Assembly (NCBI RefSeq): GCF_006345805.1
Contig: NW_021832226.1
Coordinates: forward strand, 1 to 64,000
Source: Octopus sinensis
Taxonomy: Eukaryota
Length of the DNA: 64,000 bases
Reading direction: 5' to 3'
Below the pieces are notes generated by a model. It had not been told where the DNA came from, did not search any database, and saw only the letters and a program-made list of their open reading frames with translations. This document shows positions 38,460-51,220 of this stretch, one piece after another (within the stretch, counting starts at the first letter, position 1; each line of letters starts with the position of its first letter). Both the position numbers and the translations under genes were made by a program.

Positions 38460-40902
38460 TTTTTTGCCGATAAACACAGGACTTTTTTGCCGATAAACAC
38501 AATCATTTGTCAATACTCCTCGGGGATCTAAATGCCAAATGCACATCTTTTGGCTGTCTGAGAACCAACAGGGATGGCATCATTCTTAAGAAGCTTTCAG
38601 AATCTCTCAGTTTCTCGGTCATCACATCAAAAACCCCAAATCATTACTCACCAGGAGGGTGGGACTATTTGGGCGTAGCATTGGTCTCTATGTCTACTCT
38701 TCAATTTATGGAACAACCGTACACCTTAAATGATATTGGAAGTGACCATCTACCAATTTTATACAAACTCAACCTTGGACCTTTAAAGGGTAAACCAACT
38801 TTTATACGATATAACCTCTCGACTATAAACTGGGAACACTACCGAAAATGTTTTACACTTTATCTGAGCAATTTCGCTCCTAAACTTGACGAAAATTCTT
38901 CATCTGAGGACCTCGAGAAGTCTAGCAATTCCCTTATTGGATACATAAAGTCTTATCTGGAAACATATTCTACAAAAATCGTCTCAAACAATAGGAAAAC
39001 TCACATGCCAAACATGAATGTTGAAATCCTACTAAGGAAAAACAATGTCTAAGGAACAAACTCCGGCGCTGCGCAGATTTTCGTGACCGGTCCGTTTTGG
39101 AAAGTGAAATCTTCACCATTACGGAAGAAATAAGAAAATCGGCGAAGGTGGCGAAGGATAAAAAATGGAATACTGAGTGCAAAAAGCTACATAAAGGAAG
39201 TCCAAATTTTTGGAAGGTCTACTCGAAATTAACCTCGACGTCTGAGAAAACTATACCTAAACTGCTAAAACAAGATGGATCCCCTGCATCTCATGAAGAA
39301 ATCCCGAACATATTTGCTGATAGTCTCAAAAGAATACAAGAAGTCAATCCGGATACAAATCTATCTGATTCAGCTTTGTTTGATATGGAAAAAGAGTTGG
39401 AAGACAATCTTAGCTCATTACCAATGTGCTCGGAATCTATAACGTGCAAAGACGTGGAAAATGCAGTTAGATACTCCAAAAATAACGCTCCGGGAAAGGA
39501 CAAGATAACCATGCGCATGTTCAAAGAAGCTCCCAAGCAACTTTACGAATATTTGGGATGTCTCTTCTCCCGCAGTGTGAGCTTGGGATACGTCCCTTCT
39601 TCATGGAAACTGACGGAGGTAAGGATGATACGGAAGCCTGGAAAACCTGGTTACTTGGCGACAAGTTATAGGCCTATAAGCCTAATTCCTACCATCAGTC
39701 GAATAATGGAAAGGGTAATGTTTGAACGACTCTCTGAACACGTCGAGAGAAATGGTTATCTCAAAGACGTGCAGTGGGGCTTTCGGAGGGGTCGTTCCTG
39801 TGCTGACTGTCTTTATACACTCAATTCGTCGATTGTAAAGGCTCTGGATTTCAAAGAGTGTCTGACAATTGTGTCTCTAGACATCTCAAAAGCCTTTGAT
39901 ATGGTTTGGCACCTCGGTCTCCTTAGACATCTGGCGAAGTGTCACATAGACAAAGGACTATTCCTATGGCTAAAAGACTTCCTCCGCGACAGGCGCTCTG
40001 TGATAAGCTTTCTGAACTATGACTCGGATGAACTGAAACTTAAAAGAGGCGTCCCTCAAGGATCAGTCCTCAGTCCTCTATTATTCAACATTGTGATGAG
40101 CAATCTGCCGTCTCCTGTCAACACACGGACGGAAATTTTGATATACGCCGATGATGTTGTAATCCTTGACATTTCATCGAAACCTGCCTTATCCGAACAA
40201 AGGATTATATCATATATGAATACAGTGGAGCAATGGTGCGATGAAAATATGTTCATTATTGCGCGTGAGAAGTCCGCATTACTGAGAATCACAGAAAGCA
40301 GAAATTTAATAAATTTACCGTGCCTGATCAAGAACATACCTCGACAAAACTCAATTAAATATCTTGGCTTGTTCATCGATGAAAAGGGAAACTATCTCGA
40401 AAACGCAAAATTAAGTAAAAGGAAAGCAACTAATGCTCTGTTCTGCCTGAGGAAGTTAAATTTGGAGCCTGATACTTTCCTCTACGTTTTCAATACGGTG
40501 ATCCTACCGGGACTACTATACGGAAAAGAGGGATGGTACTTCTCTAAAAAGAAGGACACCATCTTAACTAAATTTGAAAAGTCTCGCAGGCTCGCTTTGA
40601 AGCTTGCTTACCACCAAAAAGTTGAAGATCCAATCCCCCTGTGGCTTGAAAGTAAATCCTCCATGGTCGGTGAAACTGTCGAAAAAGCTATAAGTGGTTA
40701 TAAATCCAACTCAATTGTCACTGGGACGTACCTGCAGAGGTAGAAAAGAAAAAAAAAAAAAAAAAAAAAAATTTTACTTGAGGGGGTCTCTTTTTTTTTC
40801 TGGGAAGAAGTCGATAGGGTAGTCCTATTGTTTCATTATACAAACTCCCCCCTAACCTTTAACCCTTCTCTGTTTCCAATAAAACTTCCTATTCCTATTC
40901 CT
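38460..40902 (+). mobile_element. I/Jockey-group LINE, 5'-truncated in APE, RT ORF open
   Basis: GDLNAK...GSDHLP (APE); 548-aa ORF with YRPISL, QWGFR, LDISKAFD, GVPQGS, YADD; internal A23 (40749-40771); (CCTATT)n end; 40-bp flanking direct repeat. Confidence 0.9.
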
Positions 40903-41317
40903 ATACAAATATGCTCTTTCGTTGGGAAATTTTTAAAAGAACGTCGGGTTTCAAGTATTATTCTGATGATATTAGTTTATCACGATAACTCAGTCAGTTC
41001 CAGTCAACCTCCGTATTTATAGGAGAATTGTGGCGTTTGATCATGTCGGAACATCTTCACATTTACATCTCATCCACCAAATATGATTCGATACGTTCAT
41101 CTAACCGTCTTTACACTACAAGCAAATTCACAAATTATTCCACAACTTATGTATTGATTAATTTACAAATATTTAATTCCCCCACGAAAAGCTCGACAAC
41201 TAAATTAAGTAACAAAATTGATAAGAGAAAGTAATTATTTAATTAAAAAATTCAAATTTAGAATTATATCGAACCATCAATTCCTTAAAGATAAAATCCA
41301 CCGTTAATTTCCAAAAA

Positions 41318-42508
41318 ATGGATTTGGTCACTGCTTTAAACAAATCGAGTAAAATCTAAGAAAAATGACGATTTCTATGGAAAATTAAATCATTATTATG
41401 CAGTAACTGTTTTAGTTCTTATTTCCGTCATAATTTCAACCAAGAGTATGGTTGGAAATCCCATCAACTGCTGGTGTCCACCCCATTTTACTAGTTTATT
41501 TCAAAAAATACCAATTTTTAGAAGATATGGTCAAATATGCCGAGGAAACATGTTATTCTGGTGATAAATTTTTTACTTTGTCAAATAACGGAAATGACCA
41601 AGAAACAATACATATTCCAACTGCTGGAGTATTTCACATAATTCATCTAGCTTCTTTGCTTCTCGCATTAATATACAGACTACCATATATATTATGGTCA
41701 ACAATTTGCAAAATGAGCGATCTTAATATCGAACAGTTAATCGCTATGACTTGAAAATGCGAAGATATCGACACTGAAAAAGACAGAAATAAAAACCTAG
41801 ACAATTATCTTTGTATTTTAACAAATACAGAGCCATGAAAAAACAGTTAAGAATCGAAAATAGTTCTTCCAATTTGTGTATTAATTTTTTTCCAAATTTC
41901 ATACAAAAATTAAAATCTCTATCGACCATGTATATCTTGATAAAGTTTCTTTACCTTGTAATTTCAATATCACAAATAACTTTAATGGAAACTTTTATTA
42001 TCAATGAAACTAATGTGAGCTTCAGTCAAGGATTGTTTAAAGATATTCTTGGCGAAATTAAAAACATGGAATCCGTATATTTCCCAAGAATTGTGCTTTG
42101 CCAATTTAAAATAACAGAAATGGGACATTGGAACGAACCACATCTTCAATCAGTAGAATCCATTCTCCCAATAAACAAATACGCAAATGCATTATTTGGA
42201 TTTTATTGGTTCTTTTTGTTAACAGTGGAAATTTTTAACGTAATTGGACTTTTAAAATGGATCTGGTATATGTATTTTCGATTTGTTCACGAAGGATACA
42301 TACTTTTTATGATAACACCAAAAGATTCTACAGAAAAGAAAAAATACTTTATTAGACATTATTTGGAAAACGAAGGAGTTTTTGCAATTCGTTTAATGGT
42401 TGATAATTCAAGCGATTATGTGGTCAAAAAGTTTTGAATAAACTTTATGCACAATTTAAAATACAAAATCCTACCACTCACGATAGTTCGAACGTTGCTT
42501 TCTTATAA
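41318..42508 (+). pseudogene. Divergent innexin with frame disruptions
   Basis: NDDFYGKLNHYY...VGNPINCWCPPHFT; YFPRIVLCQFKI...SILPINKYANALFGFYWFF; in-frame TGA at 41752-41754 and about three apparent frameshifts. Some lesions may be assembly errors. Confidence 0.65.
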
Positions 42509-44311
42509 TTCTAATTTTGACTTGAAAAATTCATTTATTTTTATTTGAACGTTTTCTTAGTAGAAATAATCTAAAAAAGACCCAGATACCAACAACAATA
42601 ATTTTAGATACTCTTAAAAACTACAATGTTTTATCTTTAACCGAATCCTTGCTTCCTTAATAGTTTGTTGCAAAAAAAAGTTTGAATACATTAGGATTTG
42701 ATGTCAAGACAATAAAATAAAATAAAAAATGGTATTTTAAATTTTTTTGTGAAATTGTTTCTTTTTGTAGTGCACGCATGTATGCTTCTTTAAAAATAAT
42801 GAATTATTACTATTAAAGCTATCTACAAATCCCCTTGGAAGACAAACTGTAATAAAGTAGACTAAATAATTCATGTACTGTGTGAAGCGCAAGAAAGAAT
42901 TCCACCACGTTTTCAATCCACTACTAGATTATCAAGCCAATTTTATATCCTTAAAAACTCTAATCGATCAAATGAGGCAGGACGACAAAGCCAGTTAAAG
43001 TCATAAATTCTGCAAAAACAAAATTTGCTTTAATACCTCGAGGACGGTGTTCTCTAATAACGCAAGCCTTTAGAAAAAGTTCAATAAAGTCAAGTCTGTG
43101 AAGAATATGAAACCAATGTGATCAACTTAGTCTGTGGAGAATTCCTGTTTCAGACAATGTTAAAATAAATTTTATTCTCAAGTTTAGCAAGTAACGCTAA
43201 TTCCTCGTCATATGCGGAAATAGACAACTTTGGAAGAAATAAATTTTATCTACACTAAATAAAGTAATAAAATACATTAACTAGAAAACATATGAAAACG
43301 TTGCGAATTGTCTTTACCGGTAGTGCGCTTTTTTCAAAGGCCTTGTGTGGATTAATAACTGATTTTCTTGGTTATCTTCGGGATAACTTAAAATAGTCTG
43401 ATTTGACTCCCTCATAAGATTTTCTTTGGCTTCATTTATCTCAGTAAAACTATAATCAACAAATTCTGTTTGTTTTATCGAATCCAGGATTTTAGGCCTC
43501 GTGATCAATTTATCGTAATTCTTAATTTTTTAAATCTGTTTATTGCGTTTGATCTTCACAAGTAATCCATTTGCCATGTTTAAAACGACTCGCAATTATT
43601 TGCTGATTAACATTTATCCATCTATCCATTTTTCTTTTGAAGATCACGATTTCACAAAAAGTTATTTGTTGAAAATTTTGCTAGACATCCACATTAAAAT
43701 TCTTAAATTATCTAAGTTGCTTAAATTTTCCAATCATCAATGGACTTGTTTTATTTGTCCTCGTCACATTTGTAAACAGCAACAAAGAAAATCTAAAATA
43801 TAAGACATAAAATAAACCGGTCCTTTAACATTTTTTGTCCTGAGCAAATTTTTTGGACAAACACTTTTTCAAGATATATTCTTGTAGAATATTTTTGTTT
43901 CGTCGCCATTACAAATATTTCAGGTCTATATTCTTGCAATTTTGTGCAAATTATTAAAAAAAATTCGCCTCCAAGTTTACGTCGGTCATATAAGATTCTC
44001 TGTGAAAAGTTCTTAACTTGATTTTTTCGGCTTCTCAAATTTAGAAAGCTAGCCATTGCTAGTCTTGAAATCAATAATTCGATGTAGATCAGGAACTTTT
44101 TTTCCTTTAAATGAATTAGATTGAATAGGATCACTATCAAGTATTTTTGTTAAAGCCTGAGATCAGATTGAAAAAAACAGCGGTTATATGTTCCATTGAT
44201 CTCATTTGAAGAAATAGAAAAAGAAAACTTTATTGGATAAAATTGTTTATATATTTTTAAATATTTTAAAATAAATAGTTTAAATTTTTGCTAGTGATTT
44301 AAGTGTGGAAT

Positions 44312-44713
44312 ATGGAGAAAGATGATATAGACGAAGTTTTAGAAAACTTATTTATGCACAGCGATATATGTTTTAAAAAAGGTTATGAGCAAGGCTACAT
44401 TCGTGGCTTAAATGAGTCTATAATCTCTGGTTATAATGATGGATATATATCCGGAAAGGAATATGCAATAAAATTGGCATATTACTTAAAAATGGGGCAA
44501 TTTTGGAAGAGCTATATAGAGTCGTATCCTATAGAAGAGGCTACTTCTAATAAACTACAGAATTTTATTGAAAGTTGTCAAGAAATTGTGAATTCTCAAA
44601 AATTAGTTGAATTTGAAGAAAAATTCGAAAAAATCTCGATTTTATTTAAATTTTTATCATCCCGTTTTGCTCACAAAAATGAACATTTGTCGATAAATAA
44701 ATATTCTTTTTGA
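44312..44713 (+). CDS. Yae1_N-domain protein (LTO1/ORAOV1-like)
   Basis: Intronless ORF with repeated GX3 pattern KKGYEQGYIRGLNESIISGYNDGYISGKEY after an acidic DDIDEVLENL start. Confidence 0.65.
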   Translation: MEKDDIDEVLENLFMHSDICFKKGYEQGYIRGLNESIISGYNDGYISGKEYAIKLAYYLKMGQFWKSYIESYPIEEATSNKLQNFIESCQEIVNSQKLVEFEEKFEKISILFKFLSSRFAHKNEHLSINKYSF

Positions 44714-45164
44714 TACATTTTTTATTTATAAATATTTAATATTTCCTTTTATTGTCTTTAGAGTATTCAAAAAAGAATTTTTAATTACAGAATTTCATAA
44801 TTTATTAATTCTTGTAAAATAATGTGATCAGAGAAGGTATTTTTTATTGTAAAAAAACTGTGGAAACGTTAAAAAACTTAAATCTAAGGTCTAGGAAGCT
44901 AGCGCATGATAATAATTTGTGCATTAACGCTGTATGTATAGTTCCTTCACTTGAGTCTGTTTCAGACTGTGTATCTGTTTTTATGGTAGGCATTATTTGA
45001 TCTACCCAGTTGGAAATATGATCCTTTAGATTGACCTTAAATGCTAATTTCAGCAGTGAGTCTTTTTTTACTTCTTGGAGTAGTACCAGACTTTAGGTCA
45101 ATGGTTGACAGGGGTTCGGAAATTACCATAAATAGTATAAATTACAGAAAGATAAAAATAGAGC

Positions 45165-45595
45165 ACCGAATGTATTTCCCTTGCATTTTAAATATATTCG
45201 ATGATATCTGAGGATATAAAATATTCAGAAATACGAATGACGGTCAATTTTACCACTTTCTCTGTAACTTTTCTAGAGACGGCGTTGGATTCGAATTCTG
45301 TTTATCCACAACCGCATTTGCAGTTCTCTTGCGTTTTCCAAGTCCACGATGACGACCCTGCCTTCTGGCTTCCAGTTATTCATGGATTCGGCCATGTGAC
45401 TGGACCTTTACTTCTTGCAAGAATATTATTCCATTTTTTATCATTTTTCTGACACTTTGTCCTGGTTGAGATATTTTTTGTAAAGTATACTTGAGTTGGA
45501 CTAGATATGTGCTGGGCCTCATTTGAATCCAACCAGACACGTTTTTTCCCACATTTAAGTATATCAGCTGCCAATCTTCTTTATAGTCTGAGCAT
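45165..45595 (-). pseudogene. RPL19: 60S ribosomal protein L19 pseudogene (intron-containing, 3'-truncated)
   Basis: MLRL*RRLAADILKCGKKRVWLD...GRHRGLGKRKRTANA...KIDRH.YHRIYLKCKGNTF; in-frame TAA at 45581-45583 and 45376-45378, plus frameshifts. Confidence 0.8.
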
Positions 45596-45678
45596 TTAGT
45601 CTACTATAAGTACTAAATGTTATAAAAATAGACAAGAAAACTACAAACGTGTTATAAAATTTGAATTATATTAAACTA

Positions 45679-47525
45679 CTAGCTCGGCAGCTCGCTTCGC
45701 TCACCGCGACCTAGCTCCTGCGGAGGGCCTGTTTCATCAAACCACTATAAGTTTATGTAGATGTATAAAACTACCTGGTTAAATGTAACCCTTCTATCGC
45801 CTGTTAATAAACGATGTTTGTCGTCCGTCCTTCCTTGGCATATATGAATAAATTTTTCTTCTGCCTACCCTCGAGCATCCCACATACAGCTGTCCATGTG
45901 AAAAGCACTCACTCTCTAAAAAAACCCAACTACCTTTAATGACTGTCCCTGGGCCTTGTTTATTGTCATTGCACACTTTTTTTTCATTTTTTGTGGTTTA
46001 TTTTTTTTATATTTAATTTTTTCATTTTTCCTTTGTAATTTCCTTTTTTTTCTTTTTTTTTTTTACTGGCGGAAATGGGCAGGGGGAGATGCGGCAGGCG
46101 GAAATGCGGCAGGCAAAAAGCGACACACAAAAAAGCGACACACAAAAAGATTTAATTAATTACCTTATTAAGCTGACCGTTTTTTTCTCAGCTTCGTTTT
46201 TCCTCCTTCGGTTATCTATTAAAAAATTATTTTGAATAATATAAAAAGTTTAGGAAAAGAGGCATACCGAAAATAAATTCTATCTTTACGAAAAACTCAA
46301 GTAAATAGTTAATATTTTTACGCAAATTCTTCTGATTGCGCTGTCAATTGGTGGTAAATTGTGTTAATGGTTGTGCTAATGTGGTTTCAACTATCAAAGT
46401 GTTTTTCAAAATCTGTTAATTGCAACACTCTATTCAAGGTCGTGCGTCAATTGGTGGTAATTGTGTTAATGATTGTGCTAATGTGGTTTCAACTATCAAA
46501 GTGGTTTTTCAAAATCTGTTAATTGCAACTCTATTCAAAGTCGTGCAATCTGTGATTGCACATTCTGTCAAAGTCAAATATGATAATAGCTTTAATTTTG
46601 ATTCATGGTCGATAATGATATATGCATTTAATTTTAAGAGAAAAAACATAGGATGAATTGAATTTCTTTATCGCGAATAATTGGGAGTTCATCATTGTTA
46701 ATATTCTCGCTGTCGTTTTCATCAAGGATATTCTTAATACGTGAGATTTTTGCCTTGAAGGTTTTAATGGACCTCATCATGAATGTCGAGGACATTCGCG
46801 TTGTTCATTTTAATCAAAATGCAGAAATAATTTTTTGATTTTTTTGGGGAAAGGTTTTAAGGACTTCATCATGTAAGTCGAGGACATTGTAGTTGTTCAT
46901 TTTAACCAAAATGCAGAAAATTTTTTTTTAATTTTTTTTGGGGGGAAGGTTTTAAGGACTTCATCATGTAAGTTGAGGACATTGTAGTTGTTCATTTAAC
47001 CAAAATGCAGAAAATTTTTTTTTAATTTTTTTTGGGGGGAAGGTTTTAAGGACTTCATCATGTAAGTCGAGGACATTGTAGTTGTTCATTTTAACCAAAA
47101 TGCAGAAAATTTTTTTTAATTTTTTTTGGGGGGGAAGGTTTTAAGGACTTCATCATGTAAGTTGAGGACATTGTAGTTGTTCATTTTAACCAAAATGCAG
47201 AAAAATTTTTTTTAATTTTTTTGGGGGGGAAGGTTTTAAGGACTTCATCATGTAAGTCGAGGACATTGTAGTTTTTCATTTTAACCAAAATGCAGAATTT
47301 TTTTTTAATTTTTTTTGGGGGGAAGGTTTTAAGGACTTCATCATGTAAGTCGAGGACATTGTAGTTGTTCATTTTAACCAAAATGCAGAAAATTTTTTTT
47401 TAATTTTTTTGGGGGGAAGGTTTTAAGGACCTCATCATGTAAGTCGAGGACATCGTATTGCCAATTTGAAGTTGGTGTGCACACACAGACAGACAGACAC
47501 ACACCATACCATTTTATTATTAAGA
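45679..47525 (-). mobile_element. Non-autonomous Helitron (~1.85 kb)
   Basis: 5' TC after A at 47525, followed by a (TGTC)n-like tract; 3' GC-rich hairpin then CTAG before T at 45679; Pif1-helicase C-terminal remnant CFSHGQLYVGCSRVG. Confidence 0.88.
46760..47455. repeat. ~93-bp tandem satellite (about 7 units) inside the Helitron
   Basis: Unit CATTTTAACCAAAATGCAGAAAA(T)nAA(T)n(G)nAAGGTTTTAAGGACTTCATCATGTAAGTCGAGGACATTGTAGTTGTT. Confidence 0.95.
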
Positions 47526-48642
47526 TAAGGCTACGAAAAACCAAATAAACCCATTTACCAAGGAAAATTGGCCCCCTTAAAAATGATAGCCAGTTCCTGA
47601 GCAGTGCTTGGTTGGAATGTAACCTTTGTAGAAATCTGGCTGCAGCCTGGACGACAAATCTGCGAGAATCGAGGTCTGCTTGCACCTTTACCTGCCAGTT
47701 TTGGCTACACCTTCTTCTCTTGTCCTAGCAAATTTGAACGCTCCTTGAGCTAAACGAGATTATCCAATGGTTTCTCAAAATGCTGGATTTCACTTTCAAC
47801 TGGACCATGGCAAGATTTTTGCCAAGGAAAGCAAAAAACGCAATTGGATGCTCATTTTTTAGAGGAGAGTTTCTGGAATTCCTTTTCCGTCCAGAAAATG
47901 AATTATTGTTCAAAATCCTAGAGCCCTATCTGAACGGATTTAGGGAGAAAATGTAAAAAATACGCTCGAATCACGAAAGTCAGAGTATTTAACCTCCTTG
48001 CTAGCAAAACGTCGGAAATTCAGGGACCTCCATTTTAAAGAGTGCAAAAAAACAGCTTTAAGTAATTTCCTGAATTAATGAACTTAGGAGAAAGGTCTAA
48101 TCTCAAAAATCTGCAAAAAAAAATATCCAATTTCGCAAAGAAATTTAGAAACAATCTGATTGTAGAATAAATAATTCAATCATATATTTAAAGAGTTGTT
48201 CCGTTTGATTTGATAAAAACGGAAAAAATTGAGTAGGAAGATACTCACAAACGTTCAACTCAGAATAGTCTTGCAATCTGTACATGAAGCCAATAAATAT
48301 TGCAATAGTGGTCATATTTGTTTCTAAAATTTCCTTTGAGATCGTCTGGAACACAATACCTTTTTTGCGAGTGTGCGTTTTAAAAACGCTGGTACCGATC
48401 TCTATCAAAAGTGTTCTTTCTTCTCACCTATTAGACCGCTCGTCTCTAACGCCAGAACAAATTACACACTGCTAAGAGTAGTTTACTTTGATTTTTTTGA
48501 GCTCAAACAAAAGAACGGCCATTTCCGGTAGCCATCGCCAAAAAACTCAAAGGGCATTAACTAAAATTTTTATGAGCAACAAAATTGTATTAATAATGAA
48601 TAAAGATAATATTAATATGAAAATAAGTTAATTGATTAAATT

Positions 48643-48714
48643 TAGCGGAACGAGGTTTCGATCCTCGGACCTCTGGGTTATGGGCCCAGCGCGCTCCCAC
48701 TGCGCCATTCCGCT
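48643..48714 (-). tRNA. Initiator tRNA-Met (CAT)
   Basis: Starts AGCGGAA (A1:U72); anticodon arm TGGGC-CCATAAC-CCAG; GGATCGAAACC T-loop characteristic of eukaryotic tRNAi. Confidence 0.95.
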
Positions 48715-49050
48715 GAGTTTTATTTTTGTAGAATTTATTATTTAAGATTTTAGTTATAGTTTTCGTCAATAAAGTGTTTCCTATTTTTTTCTATAACAGG
48801 ATGTAAATCTTCCAGAATAATTATATATTATATGAATCATAAGGACAACTTTAATAAGAAATTTTTCATCGTTTATCAGTAATTAATAATTATTTAATAA
48901 TCGAGTTATTCAGTTTGTAAAATTTTGTTTTATGATAATATCTTCGGAATGTGCATAAATAGAAATAAAACATTTCTTATTTTGGATTTTAACATTTGTT
49001 TTTAATATAAAATCAAATTTACTGCTAAAATAAAGCTTAGAATTCAACCT

Positions 49051-50697
49051 ATGGTGTTCGCTGCAGACAAAATTTCAAATCTTCTGCAAACTCTTTCAGT
49101 CCCTTTCAACAAAACTATTCGTCCTATAGAGGCTTCCTCGGGATTTAACATGCACTGTATGGGAACTATCAGTTCAACACATCTTGAACAAAAACCTTCA
49201 GTCCTCTTCATGGGTTCCTACTCTTCTGGAAAGACATCTGCAATAAAATACTTACTTCAAATTGATATTGCCGAACTTCGAGTTGGTCCCGAACCAACAA
49301 CAGATATATTCCATGTTCTGACATATGGAGAGAAACAAGTCACTGTTGGCGGAATAATTCTGATGAATGATCCACATTTTGGCTTCCAGAATTTTTTTCC
49401 TCATAATAAAGATATTGCCCGCCAATTTCAGTTGACGCGGATCAACAATATGTGTCTGAAAGCCATGGACATAATCGACAGTCCCGGATTTCTTAGTGGG
49501 GACAACATGGATGTACATCGAGGATACGATCTCCCAGGAGTATTAACAGAGTTGGCCACGAGAACAACCAGGATTTATATGATGATGGACGTTTTCAAAG
49601 TCGATTTCTCCTCTGAATGTAAAGATACGTTAAGACAAATGAGACCTATGCTGGGGAAGATGAGATTAATTTTCAATAAGGCAGACTATATTGATGAAGT
49701 AAATTTGATGCGCCTTTATGGAGCTTTCATGTATCATTCAGGTAAATTTGTTATTTGATATCAAAGGAATGACATTTGGGGCCCCGGAAGTTCCTCGTGT
49801 TTTTATCTGCTCTTTATGGGATAAACCCTATAAACACGACCCCTATAGAGACTTGTTTGACAAAGAAAAGCTCGAGTTGATGAATGATTTACAAAAATTA
49901 CCAGTATACCATTACCCACATATAATGGGTAATTTAATTGTGCGTCTGAACTGCTTTTTGGTAAAGTTTAGGAAATTACATGTAGAGATATTTGGTGACA
50001 ATTAAACAATTTAAGAAAGTAATTCCAGTTTTCAAAAAAGAGAAAAAGAAAGAGGAAATACTTCTAAATTTTAAAAACTTCTACAATGATGTTTTGATTG
50101 AAGAAGAAATAGTTACAGGTGATTCCATAGTCTACAACCAAATTTTCGAAGCTGTGGTTAGTTTTGAGCAAATTTGAGTAGTAGAAAGTTTTAGATGTAA
50201 ATAATCTTCCTGCCACCTGCAACAGAAAAAGTATTGACGCGGTCAAATTTCTATTAAAAAATGTTGTTCCAAACGTATTGGGGAAACTCAACGCCATTCT
50301 CAACGAGTTTGATCAAGATAAAATAGAAGGTGGGGTTTTTGGAATTGTTAATGCTTCAAACAAACTGATTGAGAAAGAAGTGGAAAATAGTCTGTGTATT
50401 ACAGCAGAACATATTGAAAAAGCAGACAAAATCTTCGCTACATTCCAGATAGTGGATGGAAGAGCTGATTCAGCACAAATCAAGCCGATTATGATGGAAT
50501 CTAAACTGCCTTATGAGTCATTGGCGAAGATTTGGGAGCTTTCTTGCAATACGTTCGACGGGAAAATGGATATTTTTGAATGGAGAATAGCCAGTTTCCT
50601 TATTTTCCATTTGACGAATGGAAATGTTCTTCCGGCTACACTACCAGTGAATTTAAGAGCATCTTCAATGCGTTCTGAAGCAGATTCGGAAAATTAA
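49051..50697 (+). CDS. EHD1: EH domain-containing dynamin-like ATPase (EHD/RME-1/Past1 family)
   Basis: GSYSSGKT P-loop, VGPEPTTD, IIDSPG, FNKAD, APEVPRVFICSLWDKP, C-terminal EH domain (ESKLPYESLAKIW); 25-nt intron near 49742; one 1-bp slip near 49992. Confidence 0.85.
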
Positions 50698-51220
50698 ACT
50701 AAACTAGCTTAAAATTAATATTATTCTATTTTAAATAAAACAAGAATAAACTTAATTTATAAATTTAGCGGAATAAGTTTTCAATCTTTAGTTCTATTAA
50801 ATTTGCTTAACATAAAAATTTTTATTGAAAAACATTTCAATTATTACGAGAATTTATATTTAATTGTTAATTTACAGGTTGTTGATCACGACTAATTTAG
50901 AGGTAGAAAAAAATTAACAAATGAAAGATTCTGTCAATCTGATAAAATGACTTAAAAGGTTTAAAGATGAGATAAAGAATTTAACACAAATCATTTCAAA
51001 CTTGTGACGACGATTAGAACCTGTGAAATCATTTTGTAATAATTTTTAAGTAGAATGTAAAATTTTTTTACCCAAAAACTATTCACGAACATATAGCATG
51101 AATGGTAAAGAAATTCCTCAATGATACCAAGAGCCTTGAAGATAACACCTCAAACAACTATTTATTAATCGTTTGTAACAAATTTCAAATTTCAGATGAA
51201 GATGTCGCTGTGGTGGAACT

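Noticed and set aside
45376-45583. Possible TAA-to-Gln reassignment: an in-frame TAA sits at the conserved Gln of RPL19 (LRLQ), and others occur in RPL19 and p53 copy A
   Set aside because: The p53 TAA corresponds to Tyr (TAC) in the paralogue, the RPL19 copy has frameshifts and a truncation, and intact genes (PPIE, EIPR1, CTSL, EHD) terminate with TAA.
45956-46159. Hydrophobic Phe-rich ORFs (also 62254-62577) resembling membrane proteins
   Set aside because: They are translations of T-rich low-complexity Helitron sequence.
46760-47455. CRISPR-like appearance of the ~93-bp (and ~98-bp) repeats
   Set aside because: Units are contiguous with no unique spacers, there are no cas genes, and the context is eukaryotic; these are tandem satellites.
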